From an uncultured Bacteroidales bacterium (GTDB lineage: Bacteria; Bacteroidota; Bacteroidia; Bacteroidales; CAIXZF01): a stretch of DNA of 64,000 bases. How positions within the stretch are numbered: position 1 is the stretch's first letter; each line of letters begins with the position of its first letter. Location of the stretch: positions 37,972-101,971 of the forward strand of contig CAZSDK010000011.1 in assembly GCA_964605655.1 (NCBI GenBank). Reading direction: 5' to 3'. The notes under the pieces were generated by a model. The model did not search any database. It was not told the DNA's origin and saw only the letters and a program-made list of their open reading frames with translations. Made by a program: the position numbers and the translations under genes. Shown here piece after piece: positions 16,999-26,068 of the stretch.

Positions 16999-18180
16999 AT
17001 GAAAAAAGAAAATTCAGGTTTTGCAACCAAACTCATCCATGAAGGCTCAGTAAAAGATTCCTTCGGTTCAGCCACCGTTCCCATATACCAGACCTCCACA
17101 TTCATTTTTGAGAGTGCCGAGCATGGTGCCCGTTGTTTCTCGGGAGAAAGCGAGGGTTACATCTACACGAGGATCGGGAACCCGACCATTGACGCACTGG
17201 AACGCCAGGTTGCCATCCTTGAAAACGGTTATGGCGGCATCGCCGTCGGTTCGGGAATGGCAGCCGCCAATACTATCTATATGGCACTCCTCAGCCAGGG
17301 AGACCATATCGTAAGTACCGACGCAATATACGGCCCCGCCCGCAACGTGATGGAGAAACATTATGTCCGCTTCGGGATTCAGTCCACCTACATCAACACC
17401 ACCAACCCCGACACCATCCGCAAGGCCATGCGACCCAACACCAAGGTCCTCTATGTGGAAACCCCGGCAAACCCGACTATGGAACTTACTGATCTTGAGG
17501 CTTGTGCAGCCATTGCCAAAGAACATGGCGCCCTGCTCGTGGTCGACAATACCTTCTCAAGCCCTTATCTCCAGAAACCCCTCGACCTGGGTGCCGACAT
17601 CGTCTTTCATTCCATGACCAAATTCATCAACGGTCATGCCGACATCGTCGCTGGAATGGTCGTCGCTAAAGAAAAAGCCCTCTACGACCAGCTCCGCAAT
17701 ATGATGATCAACCTGGGCTGCAACATGGACCCCCACCAGGCTTACCTCATCATCAGGGGATTGAAAACACTCTCCATTAGGATCGACCGCTCCCAGGAAA
17801 ATGCCCTCATCCTGGCAGAATTCCTCGAAAACCACCCCAAGGTAGCCTGGATCAAATATCCCGGACTCAAATCCCACCCACAATATCAGCTGGCCCGGAA
17901 ACAAATGACAGGACCCGGTGCCGTCATCAGTTTTGGACTCAAGTCAGGCTATGATGGTGCAAAGAAAATCCTTGACAACCTGCAAGTTGCTCTCCTGGCT
18001 GTTTCTCTGGGCGGCGTGGAAACCCTGATCCAACACCCCGCCTCCATGACCCATGCCAAGGTTTCAGAAGAAGCCAAAAAGAATGCCGGCATCACCAATG
18101 ACCTGATCCGTCTTTCTGTCGGTATTGAAGACATCAAAGATCTGATCGAAGATTTCAGCCAGGCTCTGGATAAAGTGTAG
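16999..18180 (+). CDS. PLP-dependent Cys/Met-metabolism enzyme, methionine gamma-lyase-like
   Basis: MKKENSGFATKLIHEG start, YTRIGNPT, and the PLP-lysine motif SMTKFINGHADIV. Assigned to the gamma-lyase/gamma-synthase family; exact specificity cannot be determined from sequence alone. Confidence 0.8.
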   Translation: MKKENSGFATKLIHEGSVKDSFGSATVPIYQTSTFIFESAEHGARCFSGESEGYIYTRIGNPTIDALERQVAILENGYGGIAVGSGMAAANTIYMALLSQGDHIVSTDAIYGPARNVMEKHYVRFGIQSTYINTTNPDTIRKAMRPNTKVLYVETPANPTMELTDLEACAAIAKEHGALLVVDNTFSSPYLQKPLDLGADIVFHSMTKFINGHADIVAGMVVAKEKALYDQLRNMMINLGCNMDPHQAYLIIRGLKTLSIRIDRSQENALILAEFLENHPKVAWIKYPGLKSHPQYQLARKQMTGPGAVISFGLKSGYDGAKKILDNLQVALLAVSLGGVETLIQHPASMTHAKVSEEAKKNAGITNDLIRLSVGIEDIKDLIEDFSQALDKV

Positions 18181-18234
18181 CAGCTTGGAGTAAGTCAAGG
18201 TTTGATTTTTCATCCACCTCAATTTTAACCTTTC

Positions 18235-18696
18235 ATGCCAAAGCTCCTGCTCACACTCCTTTTTCTCCTTTCCTGCCCTCAGACAAAGGAGAATATCTAT
18301 GGCAAGGTGGTGGGAATCACCGACGGAGATACCATTATCGTTCTTACTGATTCCCGTACACAGCTGAAAGTGAGGCTGGAAGGCATCGATTGTCCTGAAT
18401 CAGGCCAGGATTTCGGGGAGAAAGCCAGACAGGCAACTGCAGATTTGTGCTTCAAACAGGCTGTAAAACTGGTGAAGAGCGGAGAAGACCGCTATGGCCG
18501 TACCCTTGCTTTTGTTTATGTCGGGAATATGTGTGTAAATAAAGAACTGCTCTCAAGGGGCATGGCCTGGCACTTCAAAAAATATAACAAGGATCCCGAA
18601 CTTGCCAGGCTGGAGAATGAAGCGAGGATGAAAAAAACAGGCCTGTGGTCCATGCCTCATCCTGTTCCTCCCTGGGATTACCGCAAAAGAAAATGA
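18235..18696 (+). CDS. thermonuclease (staphylococcal nuclease homolog), lipoprotein-type signal
   Basis: GKVVGITDGDTIIVL, VRLEGIDCPE, DRYGRTLAFVY and a lipobox-like LLSC. Confidence 0.85.
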   Translation: MPKLLLTLLFLLSCPQTKENIYGKVVGITDGDTIIVLTDSRTQLKVRLEGIDCPESGQDFGEKARQATADLCFKQAVKLVKSGEDRYGRTLAFVYVGNMCVNKELLSRGMAWHFKKYNKDPELARLENEARMKKTGLWSMPHPVPPWDYRKRK

Positions 18697-18713
18697 GGCC
18701 ATGCCTCAGATGA

Positions 18714-21107
18714 TCAGAACTCTACGATCACACCCAGGGTGGGCAGCACAGTACCGGAAGAGGAAGGCAGATACTTCATCAGATAACGGCCCGGTTCATC
18801 GGGATCAACAATAGGGTTCCCGTTGGAATCCCTCTGCACGATAAGAACGTCCGGGTCCTTATATTTGAAGCTATATGCATTCTGAACATCCAGATAGAGA
18901 TTGAGTGACCACTTCTTAAAGAAGTATTCCTTGTCTATCCTCAGGTCAAGCTGATGAAAGTTCGTCAGTCTCTGTGTATTGAAGCGGGAATAATCAAAAT
19001 AGGCCTGTCCTCTTGCATCCCAGGCCTCGATGAGACTGGAGCGGTTCTCATCATAAGGGGTATAGGGTGCACCACCGACAAAACGCCAGCGAAAACCCAT
19101 ATTCCAGGATCGCTCCAGTGAAGCTGAAAAAGTCAGGTTTAAAATATGACGGTTGTCCCAGGCCGAAGGGATCAAAACCTCTTTACTGTCTTCAAATTCG
19201 GAAATGACATAGGTATAAGACAGCTGAAGGTTAAATCTCTCTCCCAAACGGTCCTTAAAGTACAATTCAGCTCCATAAGCTCTTCCTTTTGATGTGGATG
19301 TGGCAGGCTCATCCCCGTAAATACCGTAATTAGCTCCCTTGCTGGCAATGGAAACTGAGTCTCTTAAAGAAAAGGGATAATACCGGTAATTCTTGTAGAA
19401 CCCTTCCAGGCTGATACTGGAATTCTCTGTCCTCCTGTACTCCAATCCCATGACAAAATGATCGGCCTGAATGTACCGGACACCATTGTCCTTATTGACC
19501 AGATTCCCTGAAGGATCCCTGTAACCCAGCGTGGTATAGGAAGGAAGCTGAAAATACCTCCCTGTATTGGCATTGATAAACAGCTTCTTACTGATGCCAT
19601 ACGATACAGATGCCCGGGGCGAAAACTGATCCAGCGGATTTGACATCTCCCGGTCATAGGTGTTTGCATCGGCACGAATTCCTGCAGAAAGTGTCAGTTT
19701 TCCGTCGTTGTAGGTCTTACTCACCTGTCCGAAAAAGTTGTACTTGTAAAAGTCCAGTTTCGATTGATAGTCCAGGGTGGAAATGGTATCCGTTTCTGTA
19801 GGGATGAATACCTTTTGAAAGGTATTGTTCGTGTATTTGGATGTCTCCACGCCAAACCCGCTGATGATCTTAAATCCATTCATTCTGGCTGTGTTCTCAT
19901 AACGAAACTTGTTTTCCGATTCCCTGGAAACATATTTCAGGAGGGGACTGGCATTTTTATCATTATTCTCGAACTTGTTGGATTCATTGTGCAGCATGTT
20001 CCTGCTTAACACCAGGGTATGATACGATCTTTGTCCGTAGTGCCTGTATACAGCTCCGATGGCATAGGTCCACTGGTCATAACTGGGAAGATAGGAAAGA
20101 ATGTACTGTTGTTCCTCTGTTGGGTTGGAAAGCCCGGTATTCAGCACGCTCTTGTCAAGGGATCCGATCGAAAGGAACGTCAGTTCATTCTTTGTATTGA
20201 ACCTCGTTTTCGTTTTTATGAGATAGTCATTGAAAGTGGGCAGGAAGGGAAGTTTGAGTACATCAAAGAGGAATTTGAGATAGGATCTTCTGACGGAAAC
20301 CAGCAGGCTCGTTTTGGGAGACAAAGGCCCTGAAGAACTCAGCGACAACTCGCTGGCACCTAGGGCCGCACGGTATAGAGGCTTGTCAGGATTCCCGTCA
20401 ATCAGCTTCATGTCGAGAACGGAACTCATCACATTGCCCCTGTTTGCCGGGAAGGCCCCGGTAAACAGATTGACCTCCCTCAGAAAATCGCTGTTGATGA
20501 TGCCGACTGAACCTCCGCTCGCCCCCTGAGTGCCGAAGTGGTTCAGATTGGGAATCTCAATGCCGTCGACCAGGAAACGGTTCTCTGCAGGTCCTCCGCC
20601 TCTGACAATCAAATCATTGCGATAAGAAAGTCCGGAAGAAACCCCGGGAAGATTTTGAATGACCTTGGATATGTCGCGGTTAGAACCGGGACTCTTCTCA
20701 ATTTGTGCAATGCCTATCGACTTTAATGATACCGGACTCTCTTCCAGGCGGCTGATGGAGGAGGACTTGATCTCCACCTGCGTCAGGCTGATGGACTTTT
20801 CCTTCATCGGAATATCAATGAAAGCCGTCTTTCCGCTTGAGACATGGAATTCTTCCGTAAGCGCATTTTCAAATCCCAGGGCAGAGGCAGCCAGCTTATA
20901 ATAACCATGCTGTATGTTGGTAAACTGGAACATCCCTTTCTCATCACTGGTGGTGCCGCTACCGGTACCGTAAATGATCAGGTTGGTAAATGGAAGCGAC
21001 TCATTGTTGGAAGCATTGAAAACCCTTCCCTTGATGACACCGTTCTGCGAATGAGCAATGAGTCCGGTGAGGAATACAAGTACGAGAGTTAAATATCTGA
21101 TTTTCAT
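18714..21107 (-). CDS. TonB-dependent receptor with N-terminal carboxypeptidase-regulatory-like domain
   Basis: Signal peptide from ATG 21107 (MKIRYLTLVLVF). CarboxypepD_reg-like GVIKGRVFN...GYYKL. Plug region, long beta-barrel, terminal aromatic residue (VEF). The track start at 21173 is probably too long. Confidence 0.85.
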   Translation of the reverse strand: MKIRYLTLVLVFLTGLIAHSQNGVIKGRVFNASNNESLPFTNLIIYGTGSGTTSDEKGMFQFTNIQHGYYKLAASALGFENALTEEFHVSSGKTAFIDIPMKEKSISLTQVEIKSSSISRLEESPVSLKSIGIAQIEKSPGSNRDISKVIQNLPGVSSGLSYRNDLIVRGGGPAENRFLVDGIEIPNLNHFGTQGASGGSVGIINSDFLREVNLFTGAFPANRGNVMSSVLDMKLIDGNPDKPLYRAALGASELSLSSSGPLSPKTSLLVSVRRSYLKFLFDVLKLPFLPTFNDYLIKTKTRFNTKNELTFLSIGSLDKSVLNTGLSNPTEEQQYILSYLPSYDQWTYAIGAVYRHYGQRSYHTLVLSRNMLHNESNKFENNDKNASPLLKYVSRESENKFRYENTARMNGFKIISGFGVETSKYTNNTFQKVFIPTETDTISTLDYQSKLDFYKYNFFGQVSKTYNDGKLTLSAGIRADANTYDREMSNPLDQFSPRASVSYGISKKLFINANTGRYFQLPSYTTLGYRDPSGNLVNKDNGVRYIQADHFVMGLEYRRTENSSISLEGFYKNYRYYPFSLRDSVSIASKGANYGIYGDEPATSTSKGRAYGAELYFKDRLGERFNLQLSYTYVISEFEDSKEVLIPSAWDNRHILNLTFSASLERSWNMGFRWRFVGGAPYTPYDENRSSLIEAWDARGQAYFDYSRFNTQRLTNFHQLDLRIDKEYFFKKWSLNLYLDVQNAYSFKYKDPDVLIVQRDSNGNPIVDPDEPGRYLMKYLPSSSGTVLPTLGVIVEF

Positions 21108-21308
21108 CCTTTCTGAGCTATTGAAGATTATTAGAATATTCTGTTTAACTTTGTATACCATCTTCTTAAACATAAAACATCACAGCTTGTTCAATGAAGT
21201 AGAAAAAAAAGTCTGAAGAGAAATCGTGTTAATTATCCTTTATGTTAAGGATTGAGTGCATGTGACACAAATTCTGATAATTATATTGACATAGAGGCCC
21301 GTTTCGCT

Positions 21309-21316
21309 TATCTTTG
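21309..21316 (+). promoter_or_regulatory. -7 promoter box (TATCTTTG) upstream of the decayed T9SS cargo gene
   Basis: TAnnTTTG match, 82 nt upstream of ATG 21398. Confidence 0.4.
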
Positions 21317-21397
21317 TTTGGAGACACCTGTTCTAACCCGAAAAGGGCTGTCGGAACGTCAGTTTAGTATTCCTTCTAAACATTTAATTTTTTGATT

Positions 21398-21955
21398 ATG
21401 AAGAAACTAATGGTTCTGTTGGTCGCACTCATGATTTCTGGTTTGTCGGGTGCGTAAACCATCATCTTAGACTTTACCGCACTCTTTAATGGCTCGCATG
21501 TTGACCTGGACAGCATCTGGGTGAGCGACCTCACGAATCCTGGCGACACGGTGCTCCACTGGCCGGTCACGGTATTGTTTCTCGGTCCGGTAGGTACACC
21601 GGAAAATATGACCCGTCCGGCATTTGAATTCCGCATTGTCTCTGCGCACCCTGTTTCAGATTAGGCAACACTGATGCTGACCGTTCCTGAAGACGGCCAG
21701 GTGGATGTGTATGTAACCAACATGTTGGGAACCGTCATTGGGCGGCTCTTACAATATTTTACAGCCGGCAGGTACAGCATCTCATATTCCCCTTCTTCGA
21801 AGGGTGTCAGCCTGGTATCGGCCAGGTATGAATCACAGGTTAACACACAGAAGATCATTTATATCGGGCCGGAAAGAGGCCATTGCAGACTTAGCCGCAG
21901 CGGTATGGAAGAACTCAATGTCACTCCGAAATCCTCCTTTTCTGCACTTTCCTAA
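21398..21955 (+). pseudogene. small T9SS type-A cargo gene interrupted by two in-frame stop codons
   Basis: A single frame reads MKKLMVLLVALMISGLSGA-TAA(21455)-TIILDF...FRIVSAHPVSD-TAG(21662)-ATLMLTVPEDGQVDVYVTNMLGTVIGRLL...GRYSISY. That is a signal peptide plus a T9SS CTD-like tail. The ORF-track piece 21674..21955 is in the same frame as ATG 21398. Confidence 0.5.
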
Positions 21956-21993
21956 ATTATTTCTCATTATCTTTAGGTGTTTATAATAGCCCC

Positions 21994-24048
21994 ATTAAAA
22001 ACTTACCACTCCTCCTGCTCCTGTGTGTGACTCTCGGGTCAAACGCCCAGTGGCAACAAGTTTCGAATGGCCTGTTCGGCGGCCGTATCAACTGCCTTGC
22101 TGCTTCTGACAGCATCGTCTTCGCCGGCAGCTCGTCAGGAGGCGTTTACAGGTCAACCGACGGTGGCAGCAGCTGGACAGAATTCAATTCCGGACTGACG
22201 GATATGCAAGTCACAGCCATGGCGGTCAAAGGCGACACTTTTTTCATCGGCACCTGGCAGAGCGGCATTTCTTTCTCGACATTGACAGGAAACAGCTGGT
22301 CAAGCTGTAACAACGGCCTGCCCCTTCCTATATGTGGAATCGGTTCTTTGACCGTGAAGGGAAATTCCATCTTTGCCGGGTCGCCTTCATTCAACAATTA
22401 TATTGTTTTCCGGTCGGATGACAACGGACAAAACTGGACGGCGGCTGACAACGGCATAAGTTGTTCGGATGTCCGGTCGATGACCTCAAACAATTCGTGT
22501 GTTTTTGCCGGAACCTATTACGGCGTATTCAGGTCGGTCGACAACGGAGCGAACTGGACACCGGCCGGTACCGGCATACCTGATTCTACACTGATCTTTG
22601 CCATGACCACATCCGGGAATACCATATTTGCGGGGACCAGCGACTCCGGGGTTTACCGGTCTCAGGACAACGGCCTCACCTGGTCTCCGGCCAACGCAGG
22701 TATCACCATCACGTCGGCACGCAGCCTGTCGGCTAACGGAAATCACATTTTCTTCGGTACCCATTCTAACCTTTATTATTCACCCAACAACGGCACTGCC
22801 TGGTTTGATGTGACCAACGGCATCATCGGGACTCCGGTAATTCAGGTTGCTTTTTCCGGAAATACGGTCCTGGCCGGCACCTCGGGTGCAGGAGTATTCC
22901 TTTCGAACAATAATGGGCAAACCTGGACGCCATCCAACCAGGGCTTTCTGAATACTTACATCTTCGGAATGTACGCACATAACGGGTACCTTTTCGCCGG
23001 AACTTCAGGCCAGGGCATTTACCGTTCAGGTGATGACGGAAATTCATGGCAGGCGGTCAATGTCGGGCTGACCAGCTACCACATCCCTTGTTTCACCGAC
23101 ATTAACGATATTCTCTTTGCCGGCGCCTACCCCGGAGGCGTTTATCGTTCTGACAATGACGGCCTGACCTGGACCCAGGTGAACAACGGCCTGACCCACT
23201 TTTATGTCCGTACCCTGGCCAGTTATGATGACGACCTGTTCGCCGGGATCGGCAGTGCCGGAGTATGTTTCTCCGACAATTACGGGGCTTCCTGGACAAC
23301 GGCCAATACGGGCCTGACCGATTGGAATGTCAATGCACTTGCACTGAAAGGCGACAATCTTTTTGCGGGCACCAGTTGGGAAGGGATTTACAGGACAACC
23401 ACTACGAACATCAACTGGAATTTCATCACAGGCTTACCCCATCCCTGCGGTGTGCGGGACATCGGGGTGTCAAGCTTTGGCCTTTTCGCCGCCCTGGATT
23501 CCTGGGGTATTTACTTTTCTCCGGATTTCGGTTCGAGCTGGTCAGCCTTTAACAACGGATTGCCCTCCATTTATCCGACTTCATTTGTCGAATCCGGCAA
23601 TTTTTTATTTGCAGCTACCAGGGATAGCGGGATATTCTATACCTGGTACAATGCCGGAAGCTGGTATCCTTTCAATGACGGGTTGATTTCCAGGAACATC
23701 AAATGCCTGGAGGAACACAACGGTTACCTCTTTGCCGGAACCTTTGACCGAAGCGTATGGAGACGGCCCGTATCGGATATAGTCCATGTACTGCTATATA
23801 ACCAGGAAAATAAAACTGTAATCTATCCTAATCCCTCGGGGGAGCAGGTCACGGTAACTTACTTAGTCCAGTCGTCGAATGCCAGGTACCTGATCCTAAA
23901 TTCATTAGGTATGGTTGTGCACGAAGGAACCTTGAACCAGGGCGATCACCATTCCATGAATATAGAAAAACTGGGTCCAGGGGCCAATTTGCTGCAAATC
24001 GTCAGCGATAAGGACAGGTTCACAGGGAAGTTCATCATAAACAGGTGA
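21994..24048 (+). CDS. BNR/Asp-box beta-propeller repeat protein with T9SS type-A C-terminal domain (start codon uncertain)
   Basis: More than 10 SxDxGxxW repeats (STDGGSSW, SDDNGQNW, SVDNGANW...). CTD IYPNPSGEQVTVTY...GANLLQIVSD...KFIINR. The track start at GTG 22027 lies inside the signal-peptide h-region; ATT 21994 would give (M)KNLPLLLLLCVTLGSNAQ. Confidence 0.75.
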   Translation: MKNLPLLLLLCVTLGSNAQWQQVSNGLFGGRINCLAASDSIVFAGSSSGGVYRSTDGGSSWTEFNSGLTDMQVTAMAVKGDTFFIGTWQSGISFSTLTGNSWSSCNNGLPLPICGIGSLTVKGNSIFAGSPSFNNYIVFRSDDNGQNWTAADNGISCSDVRSMTSNNSCVFAGTYYGVFRSVDNGANWTPAGTGIPDSTLIFAMTTSGNTIFAGTSDSGVYRSQDNGLTWSPANAGITITSARSLSANGNHIFFGTHSNLYYSPNNGTAWFDVTNGIIGTPVIQVAFSGNTVLAGTSGAGVFLSNNNGQTWTPSNQGFLNTYIFGMYAHNGYLFAGTSGQGIYRSGDDGNSWQAVNVGLTSYHIPCFTDINDILFAGAYPGGVYRSDNDGLTWTQVNNGLTHFYVRTLASYDDDLFAGIGSAGVCFSDNYGASWTTANTGLTDWNVNALALKGDNLFAGTSWEGIYRTTTTNINWNFITGLPHPCGVRDIGVSSFGLFAALDSWGIYFSPDFGSSWSAFNNGLPSIYPTSFVESGNFLFAATRDSGIFYTWYNAGSWYPFNDGLISRNIKCLEEHNGYLFAGTFDRSVWRRPVSDIVHVLLYNQENKTVIYPNPSGEQVTVTYLVQSSNARYLILNSLGMVVHEGTLNQGDHHSMNIEKLGPGANLLQIVSDKDRFTGKFIINR

Positions 24049-24387
24049 TTTAAGGGGAAGGTTCGGCAGATCCTACAACTGTTCTCAATACATCAAACTG
24101 TCACATGACCATCACATAAAACTTTCGTCCAAAATCAGATAATCCGGATAAGGGTTTAGACGTTCGGTGCAAAAACAATCGTTCAATATCCTAAATATCA
24201 ATATTTAATCATTTAAGAATCGTCTAAAATCGTCTAAACCAACCCCAAATTTCTTCCGTTTAGACGAAGTTGGTCACCTCTGGTGAAACCGTGACCTATC
24301 ACATAACCATCACATAAACTAACCACTGATTATCAAACATTTAACTTAGATGAAGCACCCTGTTATCAAATGACTATCACATAAGAT

Positions 24388-25839
24388 TTATGCCCAAAAC
24401 GGTATATAACAGGCGAATTTCTTAGATTTATTGGTCGGGTCGTCTTCCTTAATAAGTCCTTCTGCTATGGAATCCCTGATGATGCGGGAAGCTATCGAAT
24501 AATTCTGGTCAGCTATTTTAAACCGCTCCCTTAAGGATTGATTGGTCATTTTCTCATTCGAAACGTATTTCAGGCAAGCATGCTGATAACAAGCCCTTAT
24601 CCTGTCGGCTTTATCTGTCTGATTCAATGATTTATAACTATACAGAACAACGTTAGTCCTATTGTCAGTAATAAACACATTAATAGCCGGTAGTTGAAAC
24701 AGCTCATTATAGAATATTACCTTGTCCAATCCACTACCCTTTTCCTCACAAAAACCTAAACGTCTCATCAAATCCGCCAGTTTTTCATTCCGGGAGACAT
24801 ATTCATCAATAAAACGTTCCGGATTAATTAATGGGATGCCCGGGTTTGAAATTTCAATTCGGTCGTCGTAGACCTCTACCATGGTGAACCCCGGCACATT
24901 AAAATCCTGATGAATAATAGCATTAGCAACGACTTCTCGTATGGCAATTTCCGGATACATCCGAGTTTCATTCCGCAAAGCCCGGCCAATTTCTTCGTTA
25001 GCCGGAAGCTGGCTGTTTATCCAATCAATTAAACCCTCAAATCCGACGGCATATCCCTTAGTATTTATCTGTTCACGCTCCGTTTCTATCTTATTCTTGC
25101 CTTTATAGACAATTACCCGCACTGATTTACGATTTACGGCATCGAAAATTCTAAGGTCTTTGGCTAAAAGTAAGGCACCAAGTTTTGTAATGCCATAGCC
25201 TGAACCCTCTGAAACAATAATACCCTCAGACAGCAATTTTTCGATAACACCATCCTGATTCGATGGGTATGGAAGCTTCAGCAAATCAAAATAAGTTTGG
25301 GTACTCAGAAGTTGAACAACTTCAGAGGCTCCGACACCTGCATGTGCAATCTCTTTTTCGAAGCTCAATCCGGATGTATTGCGCCATATTCTGGCTTCTT
25401 TTTCTGGAAAGTCCGATAATCGTCTGGTAATACTTCCAATGCGTATATAGGGAACATGCAAAAAAGTCACCGGTCGGCTCTTAGCGGCAGGAATAACGAA
25501 TATTGATATATGAAGTCCGTTAGGATAATCAAACTCAAAAGCCTGAAAATCAATCCGGGGATTTATCCTTGTTGCCAACCAATGCACCAAATTTTCATTA
25601 CCCTTTTTGTGACTTTTGACATTAAACGTAGTTCCCAATACCGTGTGGGTCTTATCCTGAACCCCGAAAACCAGATATCCGTTTGATTGGTTTTGTAGAC
25701 AGGCACCATTGGCCAGAGCAGAAATTCTTTCGCCAATCTCCTCAGGGGAATGGAAGTTATGTTTGAATTCAATCCATTCACATTCATCAGGTTGATGAAT
25801 CAGATAATCTAAGAGTGCTATCAGTTGCTCAGTTCCCAT
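24388..25839 (-). CDS. AlbA_2/Schlafen-like DNA-binding domain + HATPase_c_4-like domain + C-terminal wHTH protein (often annotated RecG-like/putative transcriptional regulator)
   Basis: N-terminal ECEWIEFKHNF...NGYLVFGV. Mid-region REVVANAIIHQDF...IEISNPG. C-terminal HTH-like tail. Sits in the AT-richer islet. Confidence 0.7.
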   Translation of the reverse strand: MGTEQLIALLDYLIHQPDECEWIEFKHNFHSPEEIGERISALANGACLQNQSNGYLVFGVQDKTHTVLGTTFNVKSHKKGNENLVHWLATRINPRIDFQAFEFDYPNGLHISIFVIPAAKSRPVTFLHVPYIRIGSITRRLSDFPEKEARIWRNTSGLSFEKEIAHAGVGASEVVQLLSTQTYFDLLKLPYPSNQDGVIEKLLSEGIIVSEGSGYGITKLGALLLAKDLRIFDAVNRKSVRVIVYKGKNKIETEREQINTKGYAVGFEGLIDWINSQLPANEEIGRALRNETRMYPEIAIREVVANAIIHQDFNVPGFTMVEVYDDRIEISNPGIPLINPERFIDEYVSRNEKLADLMRRLGFCEEKGSGLDKVIFYNELFQLPAINVFITDNRTNVVLYSYKSLNQTDKADRIRACYQHACLKYVSNEKMTNQSLRERFKIADQNYSIASRIIRDSIAEGLIKEDDPTNKSKKFACYIPFWA

Positions 25840-26068
25840 TTCATTGGCTGTAGTAACTGATAAAATTACAAAAAACTGAGTTACCCCTAATGATAATCTA
25901 AGCTGTCTATTTTACTCTTGCCGTCTCTAGCTCACAGTTCGAACCAATAATTATTTAATAATCATCACAATAGCAACATTTGATAGAGTTGTTAGAGTGG
26001 GTGGGACGAAATCTGGGAAATATTTTATCAGTTCTCAATCAATTAGTTCCTATTATATCCTAAGAACC

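Noticed and set aside
21455-21664. In-frame TAA and TAG might indicate stop-codon reassignment or an alternative genetic code.
   Set aside because: Well-supported genes throughout the window (for example tuf, rplL, folP, the giant adhesin) terminate at TAA/TAG exactly where homologs end. A local pseudogene or sequence error is far more likely.
25925-25950. The CTCACAGTTCGAACC segment resembles a tRNA T-arm and could be an att-site copy of tRNA-Val delimiting the islet.
   Set aside because: The similarity is short and imperfect. The segment is also on the opposite strand relative to the tRNA-Val gene, whereas att direct repeats must be co-oriented.
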